Part shown: one piece after another, positions 28,101-37,058 of the stretch
Layout of the letters: every line of letters begins with the position of its first letter
Position numbering within the stretch: the stretch's first letter is position 1
Source: a virus
Lineage: Duplodnaviria; Caudoviricetes
DNA length: 64,000 nt
Virus record (IMG/VR): IMGVR_UViG_3300032038_000011
Span: 72,936 to 136,935 of that record
Direction: 5' to 3' (one strand)
The notes under the pieces: model-generated
Told to the model about the DNA's origin: nothing
Database searches by the model: none
Seen by the model: the letters and a program-made list of their open reading frames with translations, nothing else
Program-made: the position numbers and the translations under genes

Positions 28101-31100
28101 TCAGTAACTTCTAATATGACTTCTGCTATGGTTGCTTTTGTTGAAGCCGGAGCAGATGGAAAAAGAACTAATTTAGATATTAGTAATTTAAAAAATGCTA
28201 TTTCTGATTTTGAAAAAGGAATGCAAGCATTAGGCCAGAGTGTTTCTGTTCAAAATATTGGTTTAGCATTAGTTCAAGGTGGCGAAGCTGCTGTCGCTGC
28301 TGCAGAACAAATTGCTGCACTTTCTGGACAAGAATTATCTGCTTCTGATGTAGCAACTTTATATCAAGGTCAAGTTAGTAAGTTAGTTAATGCTGTTAAT
28401 ACTGTTGTAGCACAACCTGGTGAAATTGTTGATGCAGTTACTGCTTCAATTATAGGTCAATCTGGTGGCCAAGTAAGCCAGTTAGGTACTACTGGTCAAT
28501 ATGTAGTTGAGTCTGTGGCTAATTTGTATGAAGCTTATAATAATTTATTACAAAAAATGGTCGCTACTGGTGAAGCTACTTTAGCCGATTTGAATAATGT
28601 TGCGGCAAAAGCTCTTGAAAATAGAGATGGCGAGCAACAAGTTATTGATGCTCTTGGTGACGCGTCAAATATGACTTATACTCGTTTTGGTGAGATATTA
28701 GCACAACAAAATATTAGATTAACTGAAGAGTTAGTAAACTCTTGGAGTGATTCTGGAATTATTAAACAACTTGGCGGCTCAAAAATGGCAATTACTGATT
28801 TTAGTAAATTTGCTGATGTTATGGAATGGGAAGCAGGTAGTGAAGAATATACTAGTGCTTTTAAAACATATAATGATTCTTTAATCAATATGAATCGTCA
28901 AGCTGAGAAAAATATTCTTGAAGAAGTTTCTAAAGTTGGAGAAGCTAAAGGTGGCGACTGGATTAATCTTACTCAAATAATGGATAAGATGCGAAAAGGA
29001 TTCGCGACATTAGCTGATAATTCTGATGCTCCTTCTTTTGAAGTAATTAGTCAAGCTTTAAGTGCTTCATTAGCACAATATAACGCAAAAATTGAAAATG
29101 GAATTTTAAAATTAGACGAAGATGCTAATATTCCAATGGTTTTCCAAACAATTGCTGATAATGTTATTAATTATGGAGAACTTTCTGCTAATGAAACTGC
29201 TCAATTATTAGATACCATAAAAAGTGTATTACAAAATTATGCCAATTTAATAAGTAATGGAATAGATGGGACTCTTAGTAATTCTGGAGCAGAGCAATTA
29301 AAACAATTTGCTTCTGGTTTTGGAATTAAAGACCTTACATTTTCTGAAACTACTAAAGGATTAAAAGTTTCTACTGAGCAAGCTTATAAATTATATCAAG
29401 CAATTAAAAAGATAGATGCCTTACAGGGGAATTTAGTTTTTAGTAAGTTAGCAGAATCTTTACGAGCAGATAAAGGCGGAGATTTTTCTAGTGCTTCAAA
29501 AACTATGGCCGCGGTTGCTCGTGTTGAAAAACAAATTGAAAAAAATCAGCAAAAAGTAAATGAAGCTCGTGAAAAAGGAATGGGATTAAGCTTCCAAGAA
29601 TGGCAATTATTAGAAAAACAAAATACAAAGTTAAAAGAAAAGAAATCTTTATATGAAGATATTCAAAAAGAAATGGCTTTTTCTAATATGGATAATCCTG
29701 ATTCTTTTAATTTTATGAATCAAGATTTGCCAAAAGCTATGCAAGGACCAATTAATTATTGGGACTCTGTTGGCAAAGCTTTTGCTGCGATGAATGAAGC
29801 TGGTCAAACTGGTAAGATGGCTATTCAAGACTTTTACAATATTGTAAATGAAATGAATAATTTAATAGCTCTTACTGGTAATGAATTAGTTTTAGCTGGA
29901 GTTACTTTGGATGGTTCGGCAGAATCCGCTGCAGCATTAATTCAAAAAGGTATGAGTTCTCTTACAAATATTGATGGTAAGGGCGTTAAAGTTAATCTTC
30001 AAAATTTAGGTATTGATTTTGTTTCTGGAGCAGAAGGAGCTAAAAATAATTTCCACAGTGGCGTTAAAGCTTTAGCCAAATCACAAGTTGAAATGTTAGA
30101 CGCAGCAATTAAAGTTCTTGAAATTGTTGTTGCGATGGAAAATCTTGGTAATATTGATGTTGATGGAAATAATGTTTTTAGTATTGGGGACATTTTTAAA
30201 CTGGATACCGAAGGAAACCCATTACCAGAATATACAAAAGAATATCAAGCTTTTGCGGAAGATTTATTAAAACAAGCTAAAACTAATGAAGATATAAATG
30301 AAGCTTTAGAAGCGGTAAAAATTAATGGTATTACAATGAAAGAATTGCTCCAAGATGCTGCGGATGGAATGAGAAATGTAAATCTTTCTGAACAGGAATA
30401 TTTCGCGGTTATGGATGCTTTTGTAAAAGCGGCTCAGAGTGGAGATTGGGATTTAGATAATATTTTTGAAAGCGTAAAAGATATTATTAATTCTTCTTTC
30501 CCAGATGGAATGACTGTCGATGTTGGAGATAAAACTTTTGTTATTTCTGGCGGTACTGTTGGCGTTATTGATTGGAATGATTCGGGAACTCAAGAAGCTA
30601 TAAAGATTTTTGAAGGAAAAGTAGAAAATTCTAAACAAGCGGTTATTGATAGTGTAACTAAATACCAAAATAATACTGGTGGTCAAGTTGATGTAATAGT
30701 TGGATTAGCTGTAAATGGAGAAATTGATATTAATGTTGATGAAAAAGGAAATATTACAGTTAAAGACCCAAATGGAAAAGAATTTGACCCAAATAGTAAT
30801 ATTGGAGCCTATTTAATTGCTGAAGCCGCAATGAAAGCAAAAGGTATTGAACCTCCATTTTCATGGTCCTGGACAGAAGAAAATGGTGGCCAAGCTAAAA
30901 CGACTATTAAAGTTGGAACAGAAGAAAGAGTTGTTTTTACAGATTCAAAAGGTAATGTATGGTATCATTCTGATAGAACTGGACAGGATTATTCTTCTAA
31001 ACAAGCATTAATTGATGCGGAAGTTGAGCAATTAAGACAGCAGTTAGAAGAAGATGGAGATTATGTAACTTATGGAGAAGCTTATGAAATTTTATATCAT

Positions 31101-34100
31101 GAAGAATATAAATTTAAAGCAAATATTAAATCAGATTTAAATGATGGAGAAATTGCTCAAAAAGCTAGAGAAATTGTAAAAGAAGGTTCTAATAAAATTA
31201 AAGATAAGATTAAAGAAGCTGGAGAAGCAGAAGAAGGAGATAATTATACTTATACAATTAGTGAAGATGGAAAAACAATTACTTTTGATTTAAATGGAGT
31301 TCAAGTAGAAGTAGCTAATACAGGGAACCCACAAAAGGATCTAGAAGCTGCTATTAGCACGCTGGGCGATGGATTAGAATATACAGATTTAATTACTAAA
31401 ATAGAGACTGGTATAAATAATGCTTTTTCTGGAGATACAGTAAAGCAGTCTATTACAGGAGCTATTCAGTCTGCTTTAGGTATTAGTGGATCTGATGGTT
31501 CTGGAAGTGGAATTCCAATTCCTCAAGTAAAGTTGTTACCATCTGGTATAACAATTGATATTTCTCAAGCTGGTCAACCAACTTTAAGTAATACCGCAGG
31601 TACAAGAGATTTGGTTATGGAAGAAGTAATTTTAAAACCAAATAGCGTTAAATTGAATGTTGATGGTCTTACACCTACTCTTGAAGGTGGCGCGGATTCA
31701 TCTGGTACTGCAAAACCAATTCAAACAGGTGAGGTTACTTTAGTGCCTGGTAATGTTTCATTAGATGTAAGTACTAAAAAGCCAACGCTTAAAGGTGCGG
31801 AAGATAATACTGCTATTGATTCTGACCCTGTAACTTTAAAACCTTCTAGTGTTACTTTAGATGTTAGTAGTAAAAAGCCTGAAATAAGTGGAGATATGCA
31901 AGATGCAGAATTAGATACTTTAGCGGCAAAAGTTGGCACAATTGATGCTTCATCTTCTAAAGCCCCTGCTATTAAAAAAGATGGTATGCCTACTGCTACG
32001 ATAGATACTTTAGATGCAACAGTTACTACTATAAATGCTACTGCAGAAACAGTAGATGCTTCTGGAGCGGCCACTTCGATTGCTGATGATATACGAGCAA
32101 AATTAGAAGGCGAAGAATTTAAAGTTAAAATTGGATTGGAATTAGATCTTGGCAATAATAGTGGTGGAAACCCAAATAAAACTGATACTCCTGATGTAGG
32201 AGATGGAGGATTAAGTGGATTAGCAAAAGCTATTAGTGATTTAACTAATGCTGCTTCTGGCGCTTCTGGTCCTCTTGGAGATGTTAAAACAGCTTTAACT
32301 GATGTTAACTCTGAAGAAATAGTTAATGCTAGTAAAGCTACTACAGATGCTAGAGCTTCTGAATTAGTAAATGCAAGTAAAGCTACGACTGATGCTAAAT
32401 CTGCTGAAATGTCTAATGCTATGCATGCTATTAACGATACTCAAGCCACAAAAGTTGTTACTGCTACTGGAGCAATTAATAATATTAATAGTACTCCAGC
32501 AACTAATGCGAGAACAGCAATTAATGGTATTAGTTCTACCGGAGCTGGCAAAGCTAAAGAAGCAATTAATAATATTAATTCTGGTCCAGCTGCCGCAGCA
32601 AAAAGTGCTTTAAATAGTATTTCAGTAAATTTGCCAAGTAGTAAAGAAACTGATGTTACTTTAAGATATAAAGTAAGTAAAACTAGCGCGAAAGGTAATG
32701 TTGGTAATTTTGCCCAAGCTAAAGGTTCTGGACCTGCTAAAGTTGGCGGTTCAACAAAAACTTTAATGGGAGAGCTTGGTCCAGAATTAGTAGTATCAAA
32801 TGGGCGTTATTTTATAGCTGGGGCTAATGGGGCAGAATTTGTTGATTTAGCAAATGATGCTATCGTATTTAATCATTTACAAACTCGTCGTTTAATGAGC
32901 CAAGGAGCTATAGGCGGAAGAGGTCGTCCTACCACTAATGAAAGAGAAGCTGTTGCTTTTGCTAAAGGTAAAGTACCTTCATTTGGTCCAGCACGCGAGA
33001 CAGGAGAAGATCAAGATTCAAAACAACAAGCTCAAGAAAAACGAGAATCAGAAAAAATTTCTAGTGTTAGCGTATCTCCTTCTTCTCATACTTTTCATAA
33101 TTTAGTACAATTTAAATCTAGAGCTAAAGGCACTGGTCCTGCAATGGCAAGTGCTTCAGAAGCACTCGCGCTATTAAAACAACTCCGTGCAATGTGGCAA
33201 TCACTCGCAGACGCTTCTCTTAAAGATATGGGAGGCGGAGCCGGTGGTGGCGGCGGAGGCGGCGGCGGAGGCGGCGGTAAAAATGACGAAAATAATGATG
33301 AATACGTTGCCGGTGTCGTTGCTGAAGTTGAGCGTTGGTATAACTGGTTAAAAGCTATTGAAAAAACACAAGAAAATATTAATAAATTAACTAAAGAATA
33401 TAATATAATGGGAAAAGAGGGAATTTCCACTGAAGAAAAATTAAATAATTTGAAAAGCCAACGAGAAAATACAGAAAGAGATAGAACTATTAGAACAAAA
33501 TTAGTAGATGAACAAACACGTTATCGTGAAGGTTTATACAATCAAATTCGAAAAGAAAAAAGTGCTGCATCAGCTTTTTATCGAGTTGGCGATAATGGTG
33601 AATTATTACTTGCTGATGATGCAGCTTTCCAGGAATTTGTTAATAAACAAACAGGAAAAGATAATTATTGGAAAGGTTATCGAGCAAAAAAACAGCATTC
33701 TTTAAGTAAAAAAGAAGCAAATGCTCTTAATACAGCAAATAATGCTTGGAATAAAGCTCACAAAGATGATAAAAATTTTAAAGAAAGAAAAACAGATTAT
33801 GCAGCAGGAGAAGTGTTTGAAGGAAAATTAAATGCCGAACAAGTTAAAGCATTAAAAGGTTTAGATAGTAAAAAATATAAAAATTTGAAAGCAACAGGTA
33901 CTTGGACAGATGTAGAAAAAATAAATGTAAATTCGGGCCTAGAATTAATGAAACGTTTACAAGAAAAAGATAAATATGGAAATTTAAAATTAAGTGCAAA
34001 ACAACAATATAAAATGTTATCAGATTTAGGTTTCGGAAAATTTATGGCAACAAATTCAGCCGGTAAACCGTTAGACACTGAGCAAGAAGGTTGGGAAGCT

Positions 34101-37052
34101 ACAGCTGTTCAAAACTTTTATGATAAAGTTGAAGGAATGAAAGATGAAATAGAAAGTTTATCTAGTTCTATTACTACACAAGAAGATGCTATTTTAGATG
34201 ATTATGCTGCGATTGCTGATATTAATAGTCAAATTCGAGAACTTCTTACTCCTGTAACTGGAGTAACCGAGGGATTTACTAAATGGTACAACGAAACTCA
34301 AAAAATTAAAACTGCTCAAGCTGAAATTAATAAATTAACTAAAGAGTTAAGTAATTTCCAAAATGATTTTATAGCTAATGGATTTAAAATCTTCAAGAAT
34401 TATAAAGACCAGGAAGATTCTTTAAATAGGCAAAATAAAATAAATGAAGAACTATTAAAGAAGAGAGAAGATTTGGCTGGCACTCTTACTAGTAAATATA
34501 GTGGCTTAATAAATAAAGGAATTATTTCGGTTGATGAAAATGGTACAGCTACTTTTTCAAATTCTAAAGTTAATAAAGGAAAGATACAAACTTCTTCCAA
34601 ACAAATTGCTACTAATGATAAAGGTTATCAAATATATGAGATAAAAAATGAAAAAGGCGAAGTAACTCAGGAATATTATGTTGATAATAAAGGTGTTGTG
34701 CGGGATAATAAAAATAATGAAGAAATTAAGGATGAAAATATTATTCATTCAGGAATTCTTAGATATGAAGATAAAGGTTCTTCTTATAATACTAATGGAA
34801 AAACATTTGAACAAATTATAGAAGATATTACTTCTCAAGATGCTTCTGGCAATGTCGCTTATAACGCAGAAGAACAGTATCAAATTCTAAAATCTTTAGG
34901 TTTAGAAGATTTTATGAAATACGATGAAAAAGGCAATCAAATTTATAAAGATTTTGGTGAATTAAGTAAAGAAGATATGCAAAAAGCTGTTGAAGCTGGT
35001 ATAAAACGCATACAAGGTTCTGTTGAAGAAATTAATGAAAATAATGATGAAATAACTAATTTAGAGCAAGAACAATTAGAAATTCAAAGTCAATTACAAT
35101 CAATCCAAAAAGCTTTAATAGATAATCAAATCGAAGTTGAAAATTTGGTTAAAGACGCTGTTGTTCAAGAACACCAAGATGCTATTGATGCGAAAAAAGC
35201 TTTTGCTGATGCGATAAGTGATGCGGCTTCAAAAACTATTGAAGGCATGAGAAAAAGTCTTGATAATGAAAAGAAAAGAAATGAATCTGATAAAAATAAT
35301 AAAGAATTAACTTTATTACAAATGCAATTAACTACCGCCCAAATGTCTGGCAGTTCTGTTTCTAAAATTAGAGATTTACAAAAACAAATTCAAAATAAGC
35401 AGCAAGAAATGTATTATAATGAAAGAGAAGCTTTAATTAGTGAATTAGAAGATCAAACTAATGAAACAGTAAAAGCTTTGAACGATCAAACTGAAATTGC
35501 ACAAACAGCTTTAGACTATCAAGTTAAATATGGTGAAATTTGGGAAGAAGTTAATGAAAAAATAAAAGCTTTCTCAGAAGAAGGATTAGCAGGTTATGTT
35601 CTTAAAAATACTCCAGATTATTTAAGTAGTAGTGAATTAGCTCGTCAAAAAACTGAAACAAAAATTTTAGAACAAATACAAACTCTTGCTGCAGAAAATA
35701 AATATCAGCAATTAGAAAATGAAAGTAACGCTTTATTATCAAAACAAACTGATTCTAGATTTAAAAATAATAATGTTAAAGAAGCAGTTTTAAAAGCTGG
35801 TCAAGAAGCCTTTAAAGATACCGATGGTACTTTAGAACAAAAGAATGAAGCGGCTAAAAAGGCAATGAGTTCTAAAATAAATGAATATCAAAATACTTTT
35901 AATAATCAAGACGCTGCTTCTAAAGTTACTAGTCAAATTAATAATCTTGGTAATATAACTTCTTTGAATCAAGAATCTAGTGTACAGAACGCTCGTAAAG
36001 CTTATGACAGTTTAGGAAATGCAAAGAGCTATGTAAGTCAAGATACTTTAAATAAATTAATTGCTGCTGAGAAAAAGATTAATGAATTAAAACAACCAAA
36101 AAAAGAAGAAAATCCTCCTTCTCCTACTAGTGGAACAGGAACATCTGGAGAACCAACGAAACAAGATCCTGGAGATAAGAAGCTTATTGCTGAAGGAGGA
36201 GCAACTCCTCCTATTTCTTATGGATATGCTATAACTGATGATTGGGAGAAAAATGAAAAAACTAGAGATATTGCAAAAGCTATAAAAGAAGTTTCTCCTA
36301 CTTATGGTTTAGATGCTCTTCATGAAAAAATTAATGAACTTTATAATACTAATAAAGGTAATGAAGCTAAAACTTATAAAGCATTAAATAAATTAAATAA
36401 TAAAACAGATTTAAAAAAGATTGTTAAAAGATATCGAAATAAACATAATCAATGGCCAATATATACTACAAGTAAAAGAATTAGATATTATGCAACAGCA
36501 AAAGATGCTTTAAATAATACAAATCCGTCTGGAATAATACAAGCTAAAACAAAAATACCATTTGTTGCAATTAGTAAAAGTGGACGAAAAACAGACAAAG
36601 CTCAAATTTTAAAAGGTCGAGATGGAAAATTTTATCCTTATTTAAAAACTACTGGTAAATTAAGTAAACAAATAGAGATTCCACAATTTGCTAAAGGTGG
36701 AGATATTGATTTTACAGGTATTGCTCAAGTTGATGGAAGTAAAAGTGAACCAGAACATATCTTTAATTTTAAACAAATGGAAGCTTTACGAGCACACTTA
36801 CTTAGTGGTGTAGATACTACTTCTCGTGCCGTGACTGGGTTATCTAATATTATAGAGAATTTACCTAATGCTAATACTTATAATAATATTAATAATGATA
36901 ATTCTGGAATTAATATTAATAATCTTGAATTCCATATGGAAGTTAAAGAAATTTCTAATGATTATGATGCTCGTAGAGCAGGACAACAAGCTATGGAAGA
37001 AATGGTTCGTATTGCTTATAAAGCTGGTAATCGTTCAATATCTAGGAGGTAA
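19131..37052 (+). CDS. Giant tape measure protein (~5,973 aa)
   Basis: TP901-type TMP core (YYQQG...AGNRQQSRFLAL), GELGPE and FAKGG motifs; lies between tube and Dit; AAGGAG RBS before MSNEIG at 19131. Confidence 0.9.
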   Translation: MSNEIGSFVVSIKAQIEGYQEQINAIKAKLVEIGKDTDIGKEIAKSLKLAESQVERLGKTMDKRISSESQITALTDNLQNISRLIMDIGDSFGKVTWNDLNVDGLRDKIQSAKSEIDNLTNSMQENVSKGFAEALASSAEMRDVFKSLKIDPAQMGVEEVTEKLRLSLIQATSILENYKAELDKIIPKAEEATQKMNAIEIDKTKAEQAKASINDIFKNLQVVSKVDTNSAVGELYTEIVGKCDELYYDLDQKGKGIVDKIKELNFKMLNETDPTKFKEYLTQIDESFKQLNGKGLTANVDGFGTRLESIFKSIMSVDSHKFVEGIEQVRTALEGLFADNKNFNLSPEDAKSFIEKVLNIEATKESIKAKREEVSALIKSYLTGVSQDYKEASKVATGLNNSKNTAQKKYDEAQAKSEAIKTAETKYLAEIKALENKNAELKAQLDNAVKRLEALEKESESRKNGKSPMGDFGRKQKQTAAQSLNDAANAAGKYSAQLEQVKAREQAIGNIQSFVQRWFSVYAAARLVSNAFKSMKTNLQDLDDIMTQISIVTDKTQGDLWKQMPQYSDMAKQYASSIKGVYEVSQLYYQQGLGQNDVMALTEQTLKMAKISGLEYATATDYMTNAVRSFKMEMSDAQTVVDVYSAIAASSATNTAELATAMSKTASSAQAVGSSFENTSAMMAVMIEATRESAENIGSAMKSIISRYGEMTKSPSKLIDSEGEAMSLNKVDTALQSVGISIHDAQGQFRDFDDVITELSGSWDKIDKNTQRYIATVMAGNRQQSRFLALVSNGERLEELTEKAANAEDTATLQVLKTMDSISAKVQQLQTSLQGLYTESGFEDLYKGILDGLTRIIDTFNNMPKMFNSIPVTAIATFAQLFVNIGSLIGSAVSAWKAKWSTTRTDLENAISSGTANGVQAAQLNANSLVRMFESAANRIKNVLTGAIAQGTSPTSNELITTNTKYQPIEVNKKWSEEKQQAATAYNNTFNTPQTEAIREKNYQQALDLGLMKPQLTFWQQYGTTISNAARAAGAGLQILSATMDKTTRSGEKSAAAVNLLGGALTTAGYIGMGPMGWAGAAVTAITTLINVTDAFIETSQEKVKRLQEAATKSNNEFLQKKTDYKELDEQIKKVDELKKARFDSAEANKEYLDASNALASLAPDLISYIDSEGNAVLDLSKSYEVLSEARRQAAESGKEAGQNSVDLALAQEEEANENYNKVISQIASEITNIDFESAMPFARRNVINNANISENNKGFYQDFFKNFFESSQGIGVLNGTSDIGQAVDDYLLSLETDIEISSEQYHEIIELMTEMGAQGLSTVKEAFNFDDIDLSDFEEEKEEVSQGAVNKVKDWIADLSRGTEQVSFDRLLSDNIGGINWDELNQATQESILNFLDENSKLYADRIRKIYSVKKSEPEKEIEVPKNYEQYYNAFEEIMQNISGIENAESETEKTEKAQELISSIIENEEIVKELLNDQNDEFWNFIKENFSMSEEEIAQIKDNLTKYLDLTNKGLPARQKKIAAELNTRNTELKNLQQSIWLEGEALENSNKQEDISKQEMLKNLPNANDLITQYITYMYDNFDGASGDYAKEDFTGDYQKITEALSNLYSNMTKNEIQQFSQLIENKGKYSEKELNDKIANLIGENKLDPEISKAISKYYEKVLNQEKVGQLLEERANKINIDNLMVNTKNLLTGTTDLLGADEWQKFVEVYDNIASLQKDGSISMKEASTALEQYATILTTISKAVPADKIDEVSSIIENWDDFSFVGLDELRKKLKDVGLNDNLTNQLIQQATDFSKLIPENLIVDFDSLSQKMITESENFSKALSKASKGMDIKDATEMASKLDVSVTDFTFKNGKYFIENAEAIQQAYTGISDQLMEDLNTEYDSELQSLGQEAYKAGISGDKEKVKKINKQIAELKNKKAELDTIIEQWGKYQTAEILLQMGQIDTFLDLLKIEDTDRRASIEEAIKSGNIDEINKFEELSPFTESIVKTYGEIVSGLTSQLADSVKKGSILVQKNGTNDSYLESLVAAGLADYNEAKDGIIINTTDKTFNDVISWLKQYNPNPNMSNAEYAEAYETLFNAFNKDLVNKFTNLITDSSVSMKDALSYTLASGGAADDVYSVMSELGFTFDEVTQSFVNSTKDYEGLKNKLEEIIKDSDNLQEVNEAKAKLAKLENEPVRNLSSSVTDLVQHRNDLTEDMIKNFAKAIGEDFDALIDGHYFSSNGKGGYRLDRSGTLNLLIAKYGEASEVVNNFKNSLFDSAIADLEKIGNIQFKGTTNFSDMQTAVDNINSSLDSNLSVDEIFEYNDKLQAWVYSQEGIKSTVEAAKKEAEKAEKDGKDTQKILEKTIGESFLGDIDLSSFISGNLDKTSQQWTKIQSAISAYNTAIEQVGGEMISSSEELYTVLSKGGNEAVQAAKSIAETGNQEFSSEDAKTAYLSEITQLKSISEEINNMTIGSIISGSTKAILETIEGYDFSEQPIEGTNSYILTAMGSVSEALLDVYKTMIAEGSEATIEEINTAGAQYYTALDNENGTVSAINTLKNAMNMSYDDLGKIFTSKGMDMVELLGENFEKAADYGIKRNFDGTVQIFDFDSLASKMNWDPDSPEYVEALNQYHDSLITYNKRVSDSIKDEFGKLTSTNIGDEINLTYLVKAFGENTDKLASLLGVAPEDLTDGIVTATKDTASKAVSIMAKIIENQGSIEGIDLEGLSLDEIWATYSEIIKNAQSEISSAQSTSILSSQTAALLVSYNSAWSDKLSSDGTIVLSSAEEYIQATSDIYQIVKESFEAGKSDLQTLNNSFANLIKANNSQDSAVNSMLSSAANLSVDTLNNFATGMGRELEDFIDESGKPLLDSIKRVGIDSYQVTNWQDYIAELQNKLGISIDNTTQDYINAYIAWLDSEANTAPNPKEALMTSLIPNLEKLSYAEIGQIAKTFEMTVEQVLALVENNGDNTFNAKDLLNVLPIDKTNEEFARALSTQLQSVTSNMTSAMVAFVEAGADGKRTNLDISNLKNAISDFEKGMQALGQSVSVQNIGLALVQGGEAAVAAAEQIAALSGQELSASDVATLYQGQVSKLVNAVNTVVAQPGEIVDAVTASIIGQSGGQVSQLGTTGQYVVESVANLYEAYNNLLQKMVATGEATLADLNNVAAKALENRDGEQQVIDALGDASNMTYTRFGEILAQQNIRLTEELVNSWSDSGIIKQLGGSKMAITDFSKFADVMEWEAGSEEYTSAFKTYNDSLINMNRQAEKNILEEVSKVGEAKGGDWINLTQIMDKMRKGFATLADNSDAPSFEVISQALSASLAQYNAKIENGILKLDEDANIPMVFQTIADNVINYGELSANETAQLLDTIKSVLQNYANLISNGIDGTLSNSGAEQLKQFASGFGIKDLTFSETTKGLKVSTEQAYKLYQAIKKIDALQGNLVFSKLAESLRADKGGDFSSASKTMAAVARVEKQIEKNQQKVNEAREKGMGLSFQEWQLLEKQNTKLKEKKSLYEDIQKEMAFSNMDNPDSFNFMNQDLPKAMQGPINYWDSVGKAFAAMNEAGQTGKMAIQDFYNIVNEMNNLIALTGNELVLAGVTLDGSAESAAALIQKGMSSLTNIDGKGVKVNLQNLGIDFVSGAEGAKNNFHSGVKALAKSQVEMLDAAIKVLEIVVAMENLGNIDVDGNNVFSIGDIFKLDTEGNPLPEYTKEYQAFAEDLLKQAKTNEDINEALEAVKINGITMKELLQDAADGMRNVNLSEQEYFAVMDAFVKAAQSGDWDLDNIFESVKDIINSSFPDGMTVDVGDKTFVISGGTVGVIDWNDSGTQEAIKIFEGKVENSKQAVIDSVTKYQNNTGGQVDVIVGLAVNGEIDINVDEKGNITVKDPNGKEFDPNSNIGAYLIAEAAMKAKGIEPPFSWSWTEENGGQAKTTIKVGTEERVVFTDSKGNVWYHSDRTGQDYSSKQALIDAEVEQLRQQLEEDGDYVTYGEAYEILYHEEYKFKANIKSDLNDGEIAQKAREIVKEGSNKIKDKIKEAGEAEEGDNYTYTISEDGKTITFDLNGVQVEVANTGNPQKDLEAAISTLGDGLEYTDLITKIETGINNAFSGDTVKQSITGAIQSALGISGSDGSGSGIPIPQVKLLPSGITIDISQAGQPTLSNTAGTRDLVMEEVILKPNSVKLNVDGLTPTLEGGADSSGTAKPIQTGEVTLVPGNVSLDVSTKKPTLKGAEDNTAIDSDPVTLKPSSVTLDVSSKKPEISGDMQDAELDTLAAKVGTIDASSSKAPAIKKDGMPTATIDTLDATVTTINATAETVDASGAATSIADDIRAKLEGEEFKVKIGLELDLGNNSGGNPNKTDTPDVGDGGLSGLAKAISDLTNAASGASGPLGDVKTALTDVNSEEIVNASKATTDARASELVNASKATTDAKSAEMSNAMHAINDTQATKVVTATGAINNINSTPATNARTAINGISSTGAGKAKEAINNINSGPAAAAKSALNSISVNLPSSKETDVTLRYKVSKTSAKGNVGNFAQAKGSGPAKVGGSTKTLMGELGPELVVSNGRYFIAGANGAEFVDLANDAIVFNHLQTRRLMSQGAIGGRGRPTTNEREAVAFAKGKVPSFGPARETGEDQDSKQQAQEKRESEKISSVSVSPSSHTFHNLVQFKSRAKGTGPAMASASEALALLKQLRAMWQSLADASLKDMGGGAGGGGGGGGGGGGKNDENNDEYVAGVVAEVERWYNWLKAIEKTQENINKLTKEYNIMGKEGISTEEKLNNLKSQRENTERDRTIRTKLVDEQTRYREGLYNQIRKEKSAASAFYRVGDNGELLLADDAAFQEFVNKQTGKDNYWKGYRAKKQHSLSKKEANALNTANNAWNKAHKDDKNFKERKTDYAAGEVFEGKLNAEQVKALKGLDSKKYKNLKATGTWTDVEKINVNSGLELMKRLQEKDKYGNLKLSAKQQYKMLSDLGFGKFMATNSAGKPLDTEQEGWEATAVQNFYDKVEGMKDEIESLSSSITTQEDAILDDYAAIADINSQIRELLTPVTGVTEGFTKWYNETQKIKTAQAEINKLTKELSNFQNDFIANGFKIFKNYKDQEDSLNRQNKINEELLKKREDLAGTLTSKYSGLINKGIISVDENGTATFSNSKVNKGKIQTSSKQIATNDKGYQIYEIKNEKGEVTQEYYVDNKGVVRDNKNNEEIKDENIIHSGILRYEDKGSSYNTNGKTFEQIIEDITSQDASGNVAYNAEEQYQILKSLGLEDFMKYDEKGNQIYKDFGELSKEDMQKAVEAGIKRIQGSVEEINENNDEITNLEQEQLEIQSQLQSIQKALIDNQIEVENLVKDAVVQEHQDAIDAKKAFADAISDAASKTIEGMRKSLDNEKKRNESDKNNKELTLLQMQLTTAQMSGSSVSKIRDLQKQIQNKQQEMYYNEREALISELEDQTNETVKALNDQTEIAQTALDYQVKYGEIWEEVNEKIKAFSEEGLAGYVLKNTPDYLSSSELARQKTETKILEQIQTLAAENKYQQLENESNALLSKQTDSRFKNNNVKEAVLKAGQEAFKDTDGTLEQKNEAAKKAMSSKINEYQNTFNNQDAASKVTSQINNLGNITSLNQESSVQNARKAYDSLGNAKSYVSQDTLNKLIAAEKKINELKQPKKEENPPSPTSGTGTSGEPTKQDPGDKKLIAEGGATPPISYGYAITDDWEKNEKTRDIAKAIKEVSPTYGLDALHEKINELYNTNKGNEAKTYKALNKLNNKTDLKKIVKRYRNKHNQWPIYTTSKRIRYYATAKDALNNTNPSGIIQAKTKIPFVAISKSGRKTDKAQILKGRDGKFYPYLKTTGKLSKQIEIPQFAKGGDIDFTGIAQVDGSKSEPEHIFNFKQMEALRAHLLSGVDTTSRAVTGLSNIIENLPNANTYNNINNDNSGININNLEFHMEVKEISNDYDARRAGQQAMEEMVRIAYKAGNRSISRR

Positions 37053-37058
37053 TGGAGA

